From contig NZ_JBHSTI010000008.1 of assembly GCF_042660085.1 (NCBI RefSeq), positions 30,001 through 62,000 on the forward strand: a stretch of DNA of 32,000 nt. Direction: 5' to 3'. Made by a program: the position numbers and the translations under genes. Positions 7,803-17,093 of the stretch are shown here, in pieces; the first letter of the stretch is position 1; the number at the start of each line of letters is the position of its first letter. The DNA comes from Longivirga aurantiaca. GTDB taxonomy: Bacteria > Actinomycetota > Actinomycetes > S36-B12 > CAIYMF01. The notes below the pieces were generated by a model that was given only the letters and a program-made list of their open reading frames with translations, ran no database searches and was not told the origin of the DNA.

Positions 7803-9428
7803 TCAGCGGGAGAGCGCGTCCTCGATCCGTGGCACGACGGTGGCGACCTGGTCGAGCCCGGAGTCGTGCACGATCTGCGCCGCGGACGCCGCCAGCTCGG
7901 TGATCACCACACGGGTGCCCTTCGGCTCGAGGTCCTGAGCGAGCCGCGTGATGACGTTGACGCCGGTGACGTCGATGTCGTCCATCGCCGCGGCATCGAT
8001 GACCACGGTCGTGGGCCGCGGGTCCGTCTCCTCGATCAGCGCGCGGATTCGCTCGTCGAAGTGCGTGGCGTTGGCGAAGAAGAGCGCGGAGTCGAAGCGG
8101 TAGACGAGCACCCCGTCGAGAGCGCTCGCAGGAAGAACGCCGAGACGCGCCTTCTCGCGCTCGCCCACGACGCCGGCCTGGACGGTGACCTCGTCCTGCG
8201 GGCGGTAGCTGCGCCGGGCGCGCTCGATGATCGCGACGACGACCGCGAGCAGGACGCCCTGCTCGACGCCGACGAAGGCGACGACCACGAGCGCGAGCAT
8301 CGCGGCGAGCAGCTCGTCCTTGCGCGCCCTCGCGACCGCCTTGAGCTCGCCGACCTTCAGCAGGTGGATGCCGATGCCGAGCACGATGCCGTCGAGCACC
8401 GTCGAGGGCACGTACGCGAACAGGCCCGAGCCGAAGACCAGCAGCAGGCCGATGACGACGGCCATCACGATGTTGACGACCTGGGACCTCGACCCCGCCC
8501 CGTCGCCGGCCGCAGTGCGAGGCGGGCTCCCGTTGATCGCGAAGCCGCCGGTCACCGCGCTGCCGGCGTTCGCGGCGGCGAGCGCGACGAGGTCGCTGTT
8601 GGTGTCGACCTTGTACGCGTTCTTGGTGCCGAAGCTGCGGGCCACGGCCGCGCTCTGAGCGAGCACGACCACCGCGATGGAGAGGGCTGTGGCGGCGAGG
8701 CGCCCCACCTCCGAGCCCGAGATCGACGGCCAGGCGAACGACGGCAGCCCCGGCGGCAGGGCCCCGACCATGTCGACCCCGTGGCTCTGGGCGTCGATGA
8801 CGTTGCCGAGCACCGAGAAGACGACGAGCCCGAACAGCGCGGCCGGGACCGCGGCGGGCAGCCTGAGCGCGCCGACCATGACGGCGACGACGCCGAGGCC
8901 GAGCGCGGCCGACCACCAGTTGATCGAGCCGAGGCCGGTGACGGTGTCGACGAGCTTGTTCCACGTGGAGCCCGACGCCGGGATCCCGAGCACCTCGGGC
9001 AGCTTGCCGATGATGAGCGAGACGCCGACCCCCGTGAGGAACCCGGCGAGGACCGGCTGGGAGATGAGGTCGGCGAGGAAGCCGAGCCGGGCGAGCGCCA
9101 TCACGAACAGGATCGCGGCGGTGATCAGGCCGAGCACGGCCACGGCGCCGGCGTACTGCGCGGACCCGGTGGCGGCCACGGCGGTGGCGCCCGCGGCCAC
9201 GAGCGCGGCGGTGGCGGAGTCGGCTCCGACGACCAGCTGGCGCGACGACGCGATGATCGCGAACAGCAGCGGTGGCAGCAGTGCGCAGTAGAGCCCTGCC
9301 TGGGCGGGCATCCCGGCGATCGACGCGTATCCGAGCGACTCCGGGATGGCGATAGCCGCGACCGTGACGCCGGCGACGAGGTCCCCTCGGAGCCACGCGG
9401 GCTTGTAGCCGCGCAGCAACGTGAACAT
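7803..9428 (-). CDS. SulP-family inorganic anion transporter with STAS domain
   Basis: 541 aa; LRGDLVAGVTVAAIAIPESLGYASIAGMPAQAGLYCALLPPLLFAI, multiple TM segments, C-terminal STAS-like DAAAMDDIDVTGVNVI. Confidence 0.95.
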   Translation of the reverse strand: MFTLLRGYKPAWLRGDLVAGVTVAAIAIPESLGYASIAGMPAQAGLYCALLPPLLFAIIASSRQLVVGADSATAALVAAGATAVAATGSAQYAGAVAVLGLITAAILFVMALARLGFLADLISQPVLAGFLTGVGVSLIIGKLPEVLGIPASGSTWNKLVDTVTGLGSINWWSAALGLGVVAVMVGALRLPAAVPAALFGLVVFSVLGNVIDAQSHGVDMVGALPPGLPSFAWPSISGSEVGRLAATALSIAVVVLAQSAAVARSFGTKNAYKVDTNSDLVALAAANAGSAVTGGFAINGSPPRTAAGDGAGSRSQVVNIVMAVVIGLLLVFGSGLFAYVPSTVLDGIVLGIGIHLLKVGELKAVARARKDELLAAMLALVVVAFVGVEQGVLLAVVVAIIERARRSYRPQDEVTVQAGVVGEREKARLGVLPASALDGVLVYRFDSALFFANATHFDERIRALIEETDPRPTTVVIDAAAMDDIDVTGVNVITRLAQDLEPKGTRVVITELAASAAQIVHDSGLDQVATVVPRIEDALSR

Positions 9429-9538
9429 GGGTCAGACGCTAGAACTCCGCCGATGCGCCGCGCAGGATCTTCCGCCAAGGACTGATCGCGCCCTCGAGGG
9501 GCGTCTTCCGTCCTCTTCTTGCGCCGTCGCCTGTGCGG

Positions 9539-10138
9539 TCAGGCGCCCAGATCGGCCGCGAGCGCCGCCGACACCTCGGCCACCGCCCATGTGCGCGTGC
9601 GCCCGGGCGCGCCGAGAAGCACCTCGAGGCTGTAGCCGTCCATGAGCCGGCAGGCGCGGTTCGCGTACGCCGAGGGATCCGCGCAGGTGAGCACCCCGGC
9701 GCCGACGCCGTCCGTGATGATCGCCGCGAGGCTCTCCGCCCAGGAGTCGATCACCGCGGAGTAGGCGGTCAGAGTCTCGACGTCCTGCGGCGGACGGGCC
9801 ACGAGCTGGGCCCAGAGCTTCCACCGCACGTCGTCCGCGCCGGTGGGCAGGTAGAGGCGCACGAGCCGGTCGAGCGCGTCGAGGGGATCCGCGGCGGCGG
9901 CGATCCGGCGGTCGCGCGTGGTCGCGAGGTCGGCCTCGGACAGCAGCAGGGTGTCGACGAGGATCCGGTCGCGCTTGCCGAAGTAGTACATGACGTGTCC
10001 GGCGCTCATGCCGGCGCGGGCGGCGATGTCCTGCACGCGCACGCGGTCGGGGCCGACCTCGGCCATGACCTCCATGGCCGCCTTCAGCACCTTGGCGCGC
10101 GCGGACGGCTTGGGCTTCTCGGTGGTGGCTCGGGCCAT
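9539..10138 (-). CDS. TetR-family transcriptional regulator
   Basis: 199 aa from ATG 10138: MARATTEKPKPSARAKVLKAAMEVMAEVGPDRVRVQDIAARAGMSAGHVMYYFGKRDRILVDTL. Confidence 0.85.
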   Translation of the reverse strand: MARATTEKPKPSARAKVLKAAMEVMAEVGPDRVRVQDIAARAGMSAGHVMYYFGKRDRILVDTLLLSEADLATTRDRRIAAAADPLDALDRLVRLYLPTGADDVRWKLWAQLVARPPQDVETLTAYSAVIDSWAESLAAIITDGVGAGVLTCADPSAYANRACRLMDGYSLEVLLGAPGRTRTWAVAEVSAALAADLGA

Positions 10139-10159
10139 GACGGGGAGACTAGCGGAAAT

Positions 10160-10191
10160 CTTTGAACGAGATTCTAGAATTTCATTCAAAG
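10160..10191. promoter_or_regulatory. 32-bp near-perfect palindrome in the divergent TetR/NCS1 promoter region
   Basis: CTTTGAACGAGATTCTAGAATTTCATTCAAAG; 14 of 16 symmetric positions pair, AT-rich island between divergent starts 10138(-) and 10227(+). Confidence 0.75.
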
Positions 10192-10226
10192 TGTCGCTAC
10201 GGTGCTCCCACCGAGAGGAGCCCGAC

Positions 10227-11690
10227 ATGGACCAGGCCACGGTCGAGAGCACGACCGCCGAGCACCACGCCGTGGAGCAGCACGGCGTCGACACGATCCC
10301 CGACGTCGAGCGCACGTCCCGGCCGCGCGACGTCGTCGGCATCCTGTGGGGCGGCAACCTGGCCCTGTCGGTCGCGGTCTTCGGCTGGCTCGTCGTCCTC
10401 TACGGGCTCGGCTGGTGGGCGTCGGTCTCGGCGATCCTGGTCGGCACGCTGGTCGGCAGCCTCGCCGTCGCCCCGCTGTCGCTGCTCGGCTTCCGGTCCG
10501 GCACCAACAACTCCGTCACGAGCGGCGCCTACTTCGGGGTGCGCGGCCGGCTCATCGCGTCGGTCATCGGCCTGCTGCTCTGCCTCGGGTACGTCGCCCT
10601 CACGGTCTGGACCGGCGGCGAGGCCGTGGTCGTCGGCCTCGACCGCGCACGCGGCACCGAGGGAACCGACGGGGAGCTCGCGATCGGTTACGTCGTGATC
10701 GCGGCGCTCGTGGCGGCTGTCGGCATCTACGGCTACCGGTGGCTCGTGCGCGTCAACAAGCTGATCGTCCCGCTCGTCGGCGGGGCCATGCTGCTCACGG
10801 TGATCGGGCTCTGGGGCTCGTTCGACGCGTCGTACGCCGGCACGCCCGACGAGTACATCCTCGGCGGCTTCTGGCCGACCTGGCTGCTCGCCGCGCTGAC
10901 CGCGGGCGTCGCCGGCCCTGTCTCGTACGTGACGCAGACCGGTGACTGGACGCGCTACATCTCGCCGCGCCGGCACGACCCCCGGCGGCTCGTCGGCGCG
11001 GCGTTCGTGGGCCTGTTCGTCGGCCTCATCGTCCCGACTCTGTTCGGCGCCTTCGTCTCGGTCGTCGCGTTCGACCCCGACAGCTTCGTCGCCGGGCTGG
11101 TGAACGGCGTGCCGTCGTGGCTCCTTCTCCCCGTGATCGCCGCGGCGGTGGTGGGCAGCCTCGGCCAGGGCGGGATGAACCTCTACTCGATGGGCCTCGA
11201 CCTCGACGCGATCCTCCCGCGCCTCACCCGCACGCAGGCCACGGTCACGGTCGCTGTCGTCTCGACAGCGCTCGTCTTCCTGGGGCGCTTCGTGTGGAGC
11301 GCCGAGACCGCGGTGACGACGTTCGTCGTCGTGCTCACCTCGCTCGCGACCCCCTGGGCCGTGATCACGATGATCGCGTTCACCCGCACCCGCGGCCGCT
11401 TCGACGAGCCCTCGCTCCAGGTCTTCAACCGGCGCGAGACCGGCGGCGCCTACTGGTACACCGCCGGCTGGAACGGCGCCGCTGTCGTCGCGTGGCTCGC
11501 CGGCAGCGTCGTCGGCGTGCTGTCGAACTCGACCGACGTGTACGCCGGCCCGATCGCCGACGCGCTCGGCGGAGTCGATGCCAGCTTCCTGACCTCCGCC
11601 GTCGTCGCCGGGCTGGTATACCTCGCCCTGGTGGCGGCCCGACCGGCGGCGCTCGCCGCAGTCGGCTCGTCGGAAGGGAAGGCGTCATGA
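10227..11690 (+). CDS. NCS1-family (purine/cytosine permease-like) transporter
   Basis: 487 aa; GILWGGNLALSVAVFGWLVVLYGLGWWASVSAILVGTLVGSLAVAPLSLLGFRSGTNNSVTSGAYFGVRGR; 12-TM-like hydrophobicity. Confidence 0.85.
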   Translation: MDQATVESTTAEHHAVEQHGVDTIPDVERTSRPRDVVGILWGGNLALSVAVFGWLVVLYGLGWWASVSAILVGTLVGSLAVAPLSLLGFRSGTNNSVTSGAYFGVRGRLIASVIGLLLCLGYVALTVWTGGEAVVVGLDRARGTEGTDGELAIGYVVIAALVAAVGIYGYRWLVRVNKLIVPLVGGAMLLTVIGLWGSFDASYAGTPDEYILGGFWPTWLLAALTAGVAGPVSYVTQTGDWTRYISPRRHDPRRLVGAAFVGLFVGLIVPTLFGAFVSVVAFDPDSFVAGLVNGVPSWLLLPVIAAAVVGSLGQGGMNLYSMGLDLDAILPRLTRTQATVTVAVVSTALVFLGRFVWSAETAVTTFVVVLTSLATPWAVITMIAFTRTRGRFDEPSLQVFNRRETGGAYWYTAGWNGAAVVAWLAGSVVGVLSNSTDVYAGPIADALGGVDASFLTSAVVAGLVYLALVAARPAALAAVGSSEGKAS

Positions 11691-12715
11691 CGCGCTACGG
11701 CCCGATGTTCGGCCCGGACATCACGTTCCTCGGTGTCGACCGGTGCACGATCGACGAGCCCGACACATACGCCGATGCCGACGTCGTCATCGTGGGCGCG
11801 CCGTTCGACGGCGGAACGTCGTACCGCGCCGGCGCCCGGCTCGGCCCGCAGGCGATCCGGTCCACCGACTACCTGCCGCACGACGGGTCGCGCCCGTCGC
11901 TGGCGCTGCGCGTCGACGCGCTGCAGGACCTCCGCGTGCTGGACGCCGGCGATGTGGAGATGTTCAGCGGGGACGCCGAGCGCTCCTGCCGCGACCTCGA
12001 GGCTGCGATCACCACGGTCGCCGAGAACGGCGCGATTCCGCTCGTGCTCGGCGGGGACCACACCATCACGTGGCCCAACTGCACGGCGGTGGCCCGCGCG
12101 CGCGGGTGGGGCCGTGTCGCCGTCCTGCACTTCGACGCGCACGCCGACACCGGCGACATCACGTTCGGCTCCCTCATCGGCCACGGCCACCCCATGCGCC
12201 AGCTGATCGAGTCCGGTGCCGTCCGCGGCGACCGGTTCCTGCAGATCGGGCTGCGCGGCTACTGGCCGGAGCCCGAGACGCTCGACTGGATGGCCGAGCA
12301 GGGCATGCGGTCGTACGAGATGACCGAGATCGTCCACCGCGGGCTCGACGAGTGCCTCACCGAGGCGTTCGCGATCGCGCTCGACGACTGTGACGGCGTC
12401 TTCCTGTCGGTCGACATCGACGTCGCGGACCCGGGGCACGCACCCGGCACGGGCACGCCGGAGTCCGGCGGGCTGTCGGCGCGCGAGCTGCTCGACGCCG
12501 TACGCCGGATCGCGGTCGAGCTGCCGGTCGTCGGCATGGACGTGGTCGAGGTGGCACCGCCGTACGACCACGCCGACATCACCGCGGCGCTGGCCAACCG
12601 GGTGGTGCTCGAGGCGCTGTCGGGCATCGCCCGCCGCCGGTACGACGCCGAGCACGGCACCACCTGGGACCCGTCGCAGCCGCTCCTCGCGAACCGCCGC
12701 CGGCCCCAGGCCTGA
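11687..12715 (+). CDS. Agmatinase/ureohydrolase superfamily protein
   Basis: 342 aa; VLGGDHTITWP, VLHFDAHADTGD, GHGHPMRQLIESG, FLSVDIDVADPGHAPGTGTPESGG, VGMDVVEVAPPYDHADITA: metal-ligand signature of arginase/agmatinase. ATGA overlap with upstream permease. Confidence 0.92.
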   Translation: MTRYGPMFGPDITFLGVDRCTIDEPDTYADADVVIVGAPFDGGTSYRAGARLGPQAIRSTDYLPHDGSRPSLALRVDALQDLRVLDAGDVEMFSGDAERSCRDLEAAITTVAENGAIPLVLGGDHTITWPNCTAVARARGWGRVAVLHFDAHADTGDITFGSLIGHGHPMRQLIESGAVRGDRFLQIGLRGYWPEPETLDWMAEQGMRSYEMTEIVHRGLDECLTEAFAIALDDCDGVFLSVDIDVADPGHAPGTGTPESGGLSARELLDAVRRIAVELPVVGMDVVEVAPPYDHADITAALANRVVLEALSGIARRRYDAEHGTTWDPSQPLLANRRRPQA

Positions 12716-12719
12716 CGCC

Positions 12720-12759
12720 GGTAGTCGGAACACGGTGCAGACCCCGCGTTCCGACCACC
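12720..12759. terminator. Hairpin between convergent genes
   Basis: GGTAGTCGGAAC (12720-12731) ... GTTCCGACCACC (12748-12759), 11 of 12 pairs, 16-nt loop; lies between gene ends 12715(+) and 12779(-). Confidence 0.6.
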
Positions 12760-12778
12760 AGCGGTCGACGCGGCAGGT

Positions 12779-14008
12779 TCAGCGCGGGGGTGCGGCCAGG
12801 GAGGAGTCGAGCGAGGCGAGGGCCCCGGAGTTGAGTCCGAGCCGCTCGGCGTCGACACGCTCGTCGCGTGCCTCGTCGTCCCGGCCGAGCCGGTGCAGCA
12901 GCTCGGCACGGGCGCCGTGCCACCACGCGTGGTGCTCGAGGCCGGCGATCGCGTCGACCGCCGCGAGCCCGGCGGCTGCACCGTCCCGCTCGGCGAGGGC
13001 CGAAGCCCGACCGAGCCGCGCCGACGGCGAGTCACGTACGGCGAGAAGCACGTCGTACCAGTCGATCACGGCGTCCCAGTCGGTCTCCTCGTACGACGGA
13101 GCCAGCGCGTGGCAGCCAGCGATCGCCGCCTGGACGACGTACGGGTCGGCCCGGTCAGGAGTTCGGCGCACGCCCTCGGCCACCAGGGCGACGCCCTCAC
13201 GGGCCTCGACCGGGTCCCACCGGTGCCGCACCTGGTCGGCGAGACGGACCGCGGAGCCGTCGGGTGCCACCCGCGCCGCGCGGCGGCAGTCGAGCAGCAG
13301 CATGAGCGCGAGCAGCCCGATGACGCCGGGCTCGTCGGGCATCAGCCCATGCAGCAGACGTCCGAGGCGGATGGCCTCGTCGACGAGGTCCTGGCGCACC
13401 GCGGCGTCGCCGCTCGACGGCGCGTAGCCCTCGTTGAACACGAGGTAGACCGTCGCGAGCACTCCCGCGAGCCGGTCGGGCAGCTCGGCGTCGGACGGCA
13501 CGCGGTAGGGGATGTGCGCCGCGGCGATCTTCTGCTTGGCGCGCGTGAGCCGCTTGGCCGCCGTCGCCTCGGGGACGAGCAGGGCGCGCGCGACCTCGGC
13601 GGTCGACAGACCGCAGAGCGTGCGCAGGCTGAGCGCCACCTGCGCCTCCGGCGACAAGGTGGGGTGGCAGCACGTGAACACGAGCCGCAGCAGGTCGTCG
13701 CGGACGACCGAGTCGGGCGGCGGCTCGGGGTCGGAGTCGAGGAGCCACACGGCTTCGGCCTCCTTCCCGTCCCGTTGCGCCTCGCGCCGGATCCTGTCGA
13801 CGGCGCAGCGGCGCGCGACCGTGGTGAGCCACGCGCGCGGCTCGTCCGGGACGCCGTCGCGCGACCAGGTGGTGAGGGCGCGGAGGACGGCCTCCTGCAC
13901 GGAGTCCTCGGCCAGGCCGACGTCGCCGGTGACGCGGACGAGCGTGGCGAGGATGCGTGGGAACTCCTCGCGGACGACACGCTCGACCGCGTCCTCGGGC
14001 GACGTCAT
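12779..14008 (-). CDS. ECF-type RNA polymerase sigma factor, ECF42-like with long C-terminal extension
   Basis: 409 aa; MTSPEDAVERVVREEFPRILATLVRVTGDVGLAEDSVQEAVLRALTTW, sigma-4 like GLSTAEVARALLVPEATAAKRLTRAKQKI, then YLVFNEGY...LLHGLMPDEPEV-like extension. Confidence 0.9.
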   Translation of the reverse strand: MTSPEDAVERVVREEFPRILATLVRVTGDVGLAEDSVQEAVLRALTTWSRDGVPDEPRAWLTTVARRCAVDRIRREAQRDGKEAEAVWLLDSDPEPPPDSVVRDDLLRLVFTCCHPTLSPEAQVALSLRTLCGLSTAEVARALLVPEATAAKRLTRAKQKIAAAHIPYRVPSDAELPDRLAGVLATVYLVFNEGYAPSSGDAAVRQDLVDEAIRLGRLLHGLMPDEPGVIGLLALMLLLDCRRAARVAPDGSAVRLADQVRHRWDPVEAREGVALVAEGVRRTPDRADPYVVQAAIAGCHALAPSYEETDWDAVIDWYDVLLAVRDSPSARLGRASALAERDGAAAGLAAVDAIAGLEHHAWWHGARAELLHRLGRDDEARDERVDAERLGLNSGALASLDSSLAAPPR

Positions 14009-14026
14009 GGCTCGGTGCGGCTCGGC

Positions 14027-14380
14027 TCAGCCGAAGTCGATGATCGGGCGCACCTCGACGCACCCGCTGCCGTCGTACGCCGCGGGGATCTTGGCCGCCC
14101 AGCCGACCGCCTCGTCGAGGTCGGCCGCCTCGATCAGGTAGAAGCCGGTCAGGGCCTCCTTGGTGTCGGCGTACGGGCCGTCGGTCGTGACGACGTCGCC
14201 ACCCTTGCCGCCGTTCACGCGGACGGTGGTGGCGGTGGCGTTGTTGTAGAGCGCGGCGCCGCCGCGGATGACGGCCTCGGCCTCGTGCCCGAAGGCGTTG
14301 TAGCCCGGCATCATCGCGTCGAACGCGGGGTCGGACGGCTCGAGGTCGGTGCTCCAGATGAGTGCGGCGTACTGCGGCAT
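14027..14380 (-). CDS. YCII-related (DGPF) domain protein, usual ECF42 partner
   Basis: 117 aa; MPQYAALIWST...VTTDGPYADTKEALTGFYLIEAADLDEAVGWAAKIP; DGPYADTKE signature. Confidence 0.9.
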   Translation of the reverse strand: MPQYAALIWSTDLEPSDPAFDAMMPGYNAFGHEAEAVIRGGAALYNNATATTVRVNGGKGGDVVTTDGPYADTKEALTGFYLIEAADLDEAVGWAAKIPAAYDGSGCVEVRPIIDFG

Positions 14381-14612
14381 GACGTGTCTCCCCAGCTGTC
14401 GTGGACGACCCCCTCGGCCGTCCTCACCCTAGGGACGAACGCCGAGGTGCGGGGAGGACATCGGCGGGCCGGGAGTTCTCCGGCTGTTCGTCCGAAGCGG
14501 TGGCGCGAGCGGCCGGGTCGGGGGATGGTGGCAGCACGGCCCCGTCGGGTGACCCGTGCCACGACTCTCCGGTAACGGCCGCATCGGGCCGCCCGAGTCA
14601 CTACCGTTGGTT

Positions 14613-14628
14613 CTGTAAGCGTTTGCAG
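14613..14628. promoter_or_regulatory. LacI/cre-like operator upstream of phosphoketolase
   Basis: CTGTAAGCGTTTGCAG; central CG, 12 of 16 symmetric; fits TGNAANCGNWNNCW pattern; 50 bp upstream of GTG 14679. Confidence 0.45.
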
Positions 14629-14678
14629 CGGGCCCGTCCCGGGCACCCGGTGCTCACGCCACGACCGGGAGGAACCCC

Positions 14679-17093
14679 GTGACCGCACGCACTGCCGCAG
14701 TCCCCACCGACGCGCTCGTCGAAGCCCTCGCGAACCCCACCGACGAGGAGATCGCACCGCTCGACGCCTGGTGGCGCGCCAACAACTACCTGACCGTCGC
14801 CCAGATCTACCTGGGTGCCAACCCGCTGCTCAAGCGCACGCTCGTGTCGGACGACATCAAGCCGCGCCTCCTCGGCCACTGGGGAACGAGCCCCGGTCTG
14901 TCGTTCATCTACGCGCACGCCACGCGCCTCATCGGCAAGACCGACCAGCAGATGATCTACCTCGCCGGGCCCGGCCACGGCGGCCCGGCGCTCGTCGCCG
15001 CCGGCTACCTCGAGGGCACCTACAGCGAGATCTACCCCGACGTGTCCCAGGATGAGGGCGGCCTGCTCCGGCTGTGCCGCCAGTTCTCCGCCCCCGGCGG
15101 CATCCCGAGCCACGTCTCGGTGCCCACCCCCGGCTCGATCCACGAGGGCGGCGAGCTCGGCTACGTGCTCGTGCACGCCTTCGGCGCCGTGATGGACAAC
15201 CCCGACCTCATCGCGCTCGCCGTCGTCGGCGACGGCGAGGCGGAGACCGGCCCGCTCGAGGGCTCCTGGAAGGGCGTCTCCTTCCTCAACCCGGCGCGCG
15301 ACGGCGCGGTGCTGCCGATCCTGCACCTCAACGGCGCCAAGATCGCCGGCCCGACCGTGCTCGCCCGCAAGGACCCGGCCGAGGTGCGCGAGCTCCTCTC
15401 CGGCCACGGCTACGAGGTCATCGAGGTCGAGGGCGACGACATCCCCGGGATGCACCACCGGTTCGCGGCAGCCCTCACCCGCGCGTGGGTGCGGATCCGC
15501 GAGATCCAGCAGTCGGCACGCGGCGGCGACTGGGACGGCACGCGACCCGACTGGCCGCTCATCATCCTGCGCACGCCCAAGGGCTGGACCGGCCCGAAGG
15601 AGGTCGACGGCCAGAGGACCGAGGGCACGTGGCGCTCGCACCAGGTGCCGCTGTCCGGCGTGAAGGGCAACCAGGACCACCTCGACATCCTCGAGACGTG
15701 GCTGCGCTCGTACCGGCCGGAGGAGCTGTTCGACGAGAACGGCGGCCCGAGCGAGCTCGTACGCCGGGCCAACGTCACCGGCGACCTGCGGATGAGCGCA
15801 TCGCCGCACGCCAACGGCGGCCTCGTCACGCGCGACCTCGAGATGCCGGACTTCCGTCAGTACGCCGTCGACGTCCCCACGCCGGCGACCGTGAAGCTCG
15901 AGTCGACGCGCACGCTCGGCGAGCTCATGCGCGACATCTACCGCGACAACGACGACCGGTTCCGGCTGTTCTGCCCTGACGAGACCAACAGCAACCGGCT
16001 CGGCGCGGTGTTCGAGGTGTCGGACCGCATGTTCGCGGAGACCGTCTACCCCGAGGACGTCTCGCTCTCGCGCGACGGCCGCGTGATGGAGGTGCTCTCC
16101 GAGCACAACTGCCACGGCTGGCTCGAGGGCTACACGCTGACCGGCCGGCACGGCCTGTTCGCGACGTACGAGGCGTTCGCGATGGTGAGCGCGTCGCAGA
16201 CCATCCAGCACGCGAAGTGGCTGCAGGAGGCCGAGCACCTCGACTGGCGCGAGCCCGTGCCGAGCCTCAACATCCTGCTCACCTCGACCGCGTGGCGTAA
16301 CGACCACAACGGCTTCAGCCACCAGGGCCCGGGCCTGCTGCAGAACGTCATCACGACGCGCGGCAACATCGGTCGCGTCTACCTGCCGCCGGACGCGAAC
16401 TCGCTGCTCTCGGTCGCCGACCACTGCTTCCGCTCGCGGTCGTACGTCAACGTCATCGTCATCGACAAGCAGCCGCAGCTGCAGTGGATGACGATCGACG
16501 AGGCGGTCGAGCACTGCACCCGCGGCGCCGGCGTGTGGGAGTGGGCGGGCACCGACGACGGGTCCGCAGACCCCGACATCGTGCTGGCCTGCGCGGGCGA
16601 CGTCGTGACGATGGAGACGATCGCCGCGGCCGAGATCCTGAAGAAGCACATGCCGCACTTCCGCACGCGCGTGGTGAACGTCGTCGACCTGATGGCGCTG
16701 CCGCGCCGCAAGGACCACCCGCACGGCATGGACGAGACGCTCTTCAACGAGCTGTTCACCGACCACGTCGACGTCGTGTTCGCCTTCCACGGCTACCCCG
16801 GTGCGATCCACCAGCTCGTGCACGGCCGTCCGGACGCCGACCGCTTCCGCGTCCGCGGCTTCATCGAGGAGGGCACGACCACCACGCCGTTCGACATGGT
16901 CGTGCGCAACCGTGTGTCGCGCTACCACCTCGTGATGGACGCCATCAACAACGCCCGCCGCACGCCTCCGGGCGCGAGCGAGCTCAAGGCGTGGTGCCAG
17001 ATGCAGCTGGACAAGCACGAGGCGTACGTCGTCGAGCACCTCGAGGACATGCCCGAGGTACGCGACTGGTCGCTCGGTGACGGCTCTGTCTGA
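14679..17093 (+). CDS. xfp: Phosphoketolase (xylulose-5-phosphate/fructose-6-phosphate)
   Basis: 804 aa; GHWGTSPGLSFIYAHATRLI, YLAGPGHGGPALVAAGYLEGTYSEIYP, GELGYVLVHAFGAVMDNPDLIALAVVGDGEAETGPLEGSWKG; GGGAGG-like RBS. Confidence 0.97.
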   Translation: MTARTAAVPTDALVEALANPTDEEIAPLDAWWRANNYLTVAQIYLGANPLLKRTLVSDDIKPRLLGHWGTSPGLSFIYAHATRLIGKTDQQMIYLAGPGHGGPALVAAGYLEGTYSEIYPDVSQDEGGLLRLCRQFSAPGGIPSHVSVPTPGSIHEGGELGYVLVHAFGAVMDNPDLIALAVVGDGEAETGPLEGSWKGVSFLNPARDGAVLPILHLNGAKIAGPTVLARKDPAEVRELLSGHGYEVIEVEGDDIPGMHHRFAAALTRAWVRIREIQQSARGGDWDGTRPDWPLIILRTPKGWTGPKEVDGQRTEGTWRSHQVPLSGVKGNQDHLDILETWLRSYRPEELFDENGGPSELVRRANVTGDLRMSASPHANGGLVTRDLEMPDFRQYAVDVPTPATVKLESTRTLGELMRDIYRDNDDRFRLFCPDETNSNRLGAVFEVSDRMFAETVYPEDVSLSRDGRVMEVLSEHNCHGWLEGYTLTGRHGLFATYEAFAMVSASQTIQHAKWLQEAEHLDWREPVPSLNILLTSTAWRNDHNGFSHQGPGLLQNVITTRGNIGRVYLPPDANSLLSVADHCFRSRSYVNVIVIDKQPQLQWMTIDEAVEHCTRGAGVWEWAGTDDGSADPDIVLACAGDVVTMETIAAAEILKKHMPHFRTRVVNVVDLMALPRRKDHPHGMDETLFNELFTDHVDVVFAFHGYPGAIHQLVHGRPDADRFRVRGFIEEGTTTTPFDMVVRNRVSRYHLVMDAINNARRTPPGASELKAWCQMQLDKHEAYVVEHLEDMPEVRDWSLGDGSV

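Noticed and set aside
12720-12759. Possible third member of the hairpin repeat family because it also begins GGTAGT
   Set aside because: Loop and arm sequences do not align with the 185/25488 copies beyond a few bases; treated as an ordinary terminator-like hairpin.
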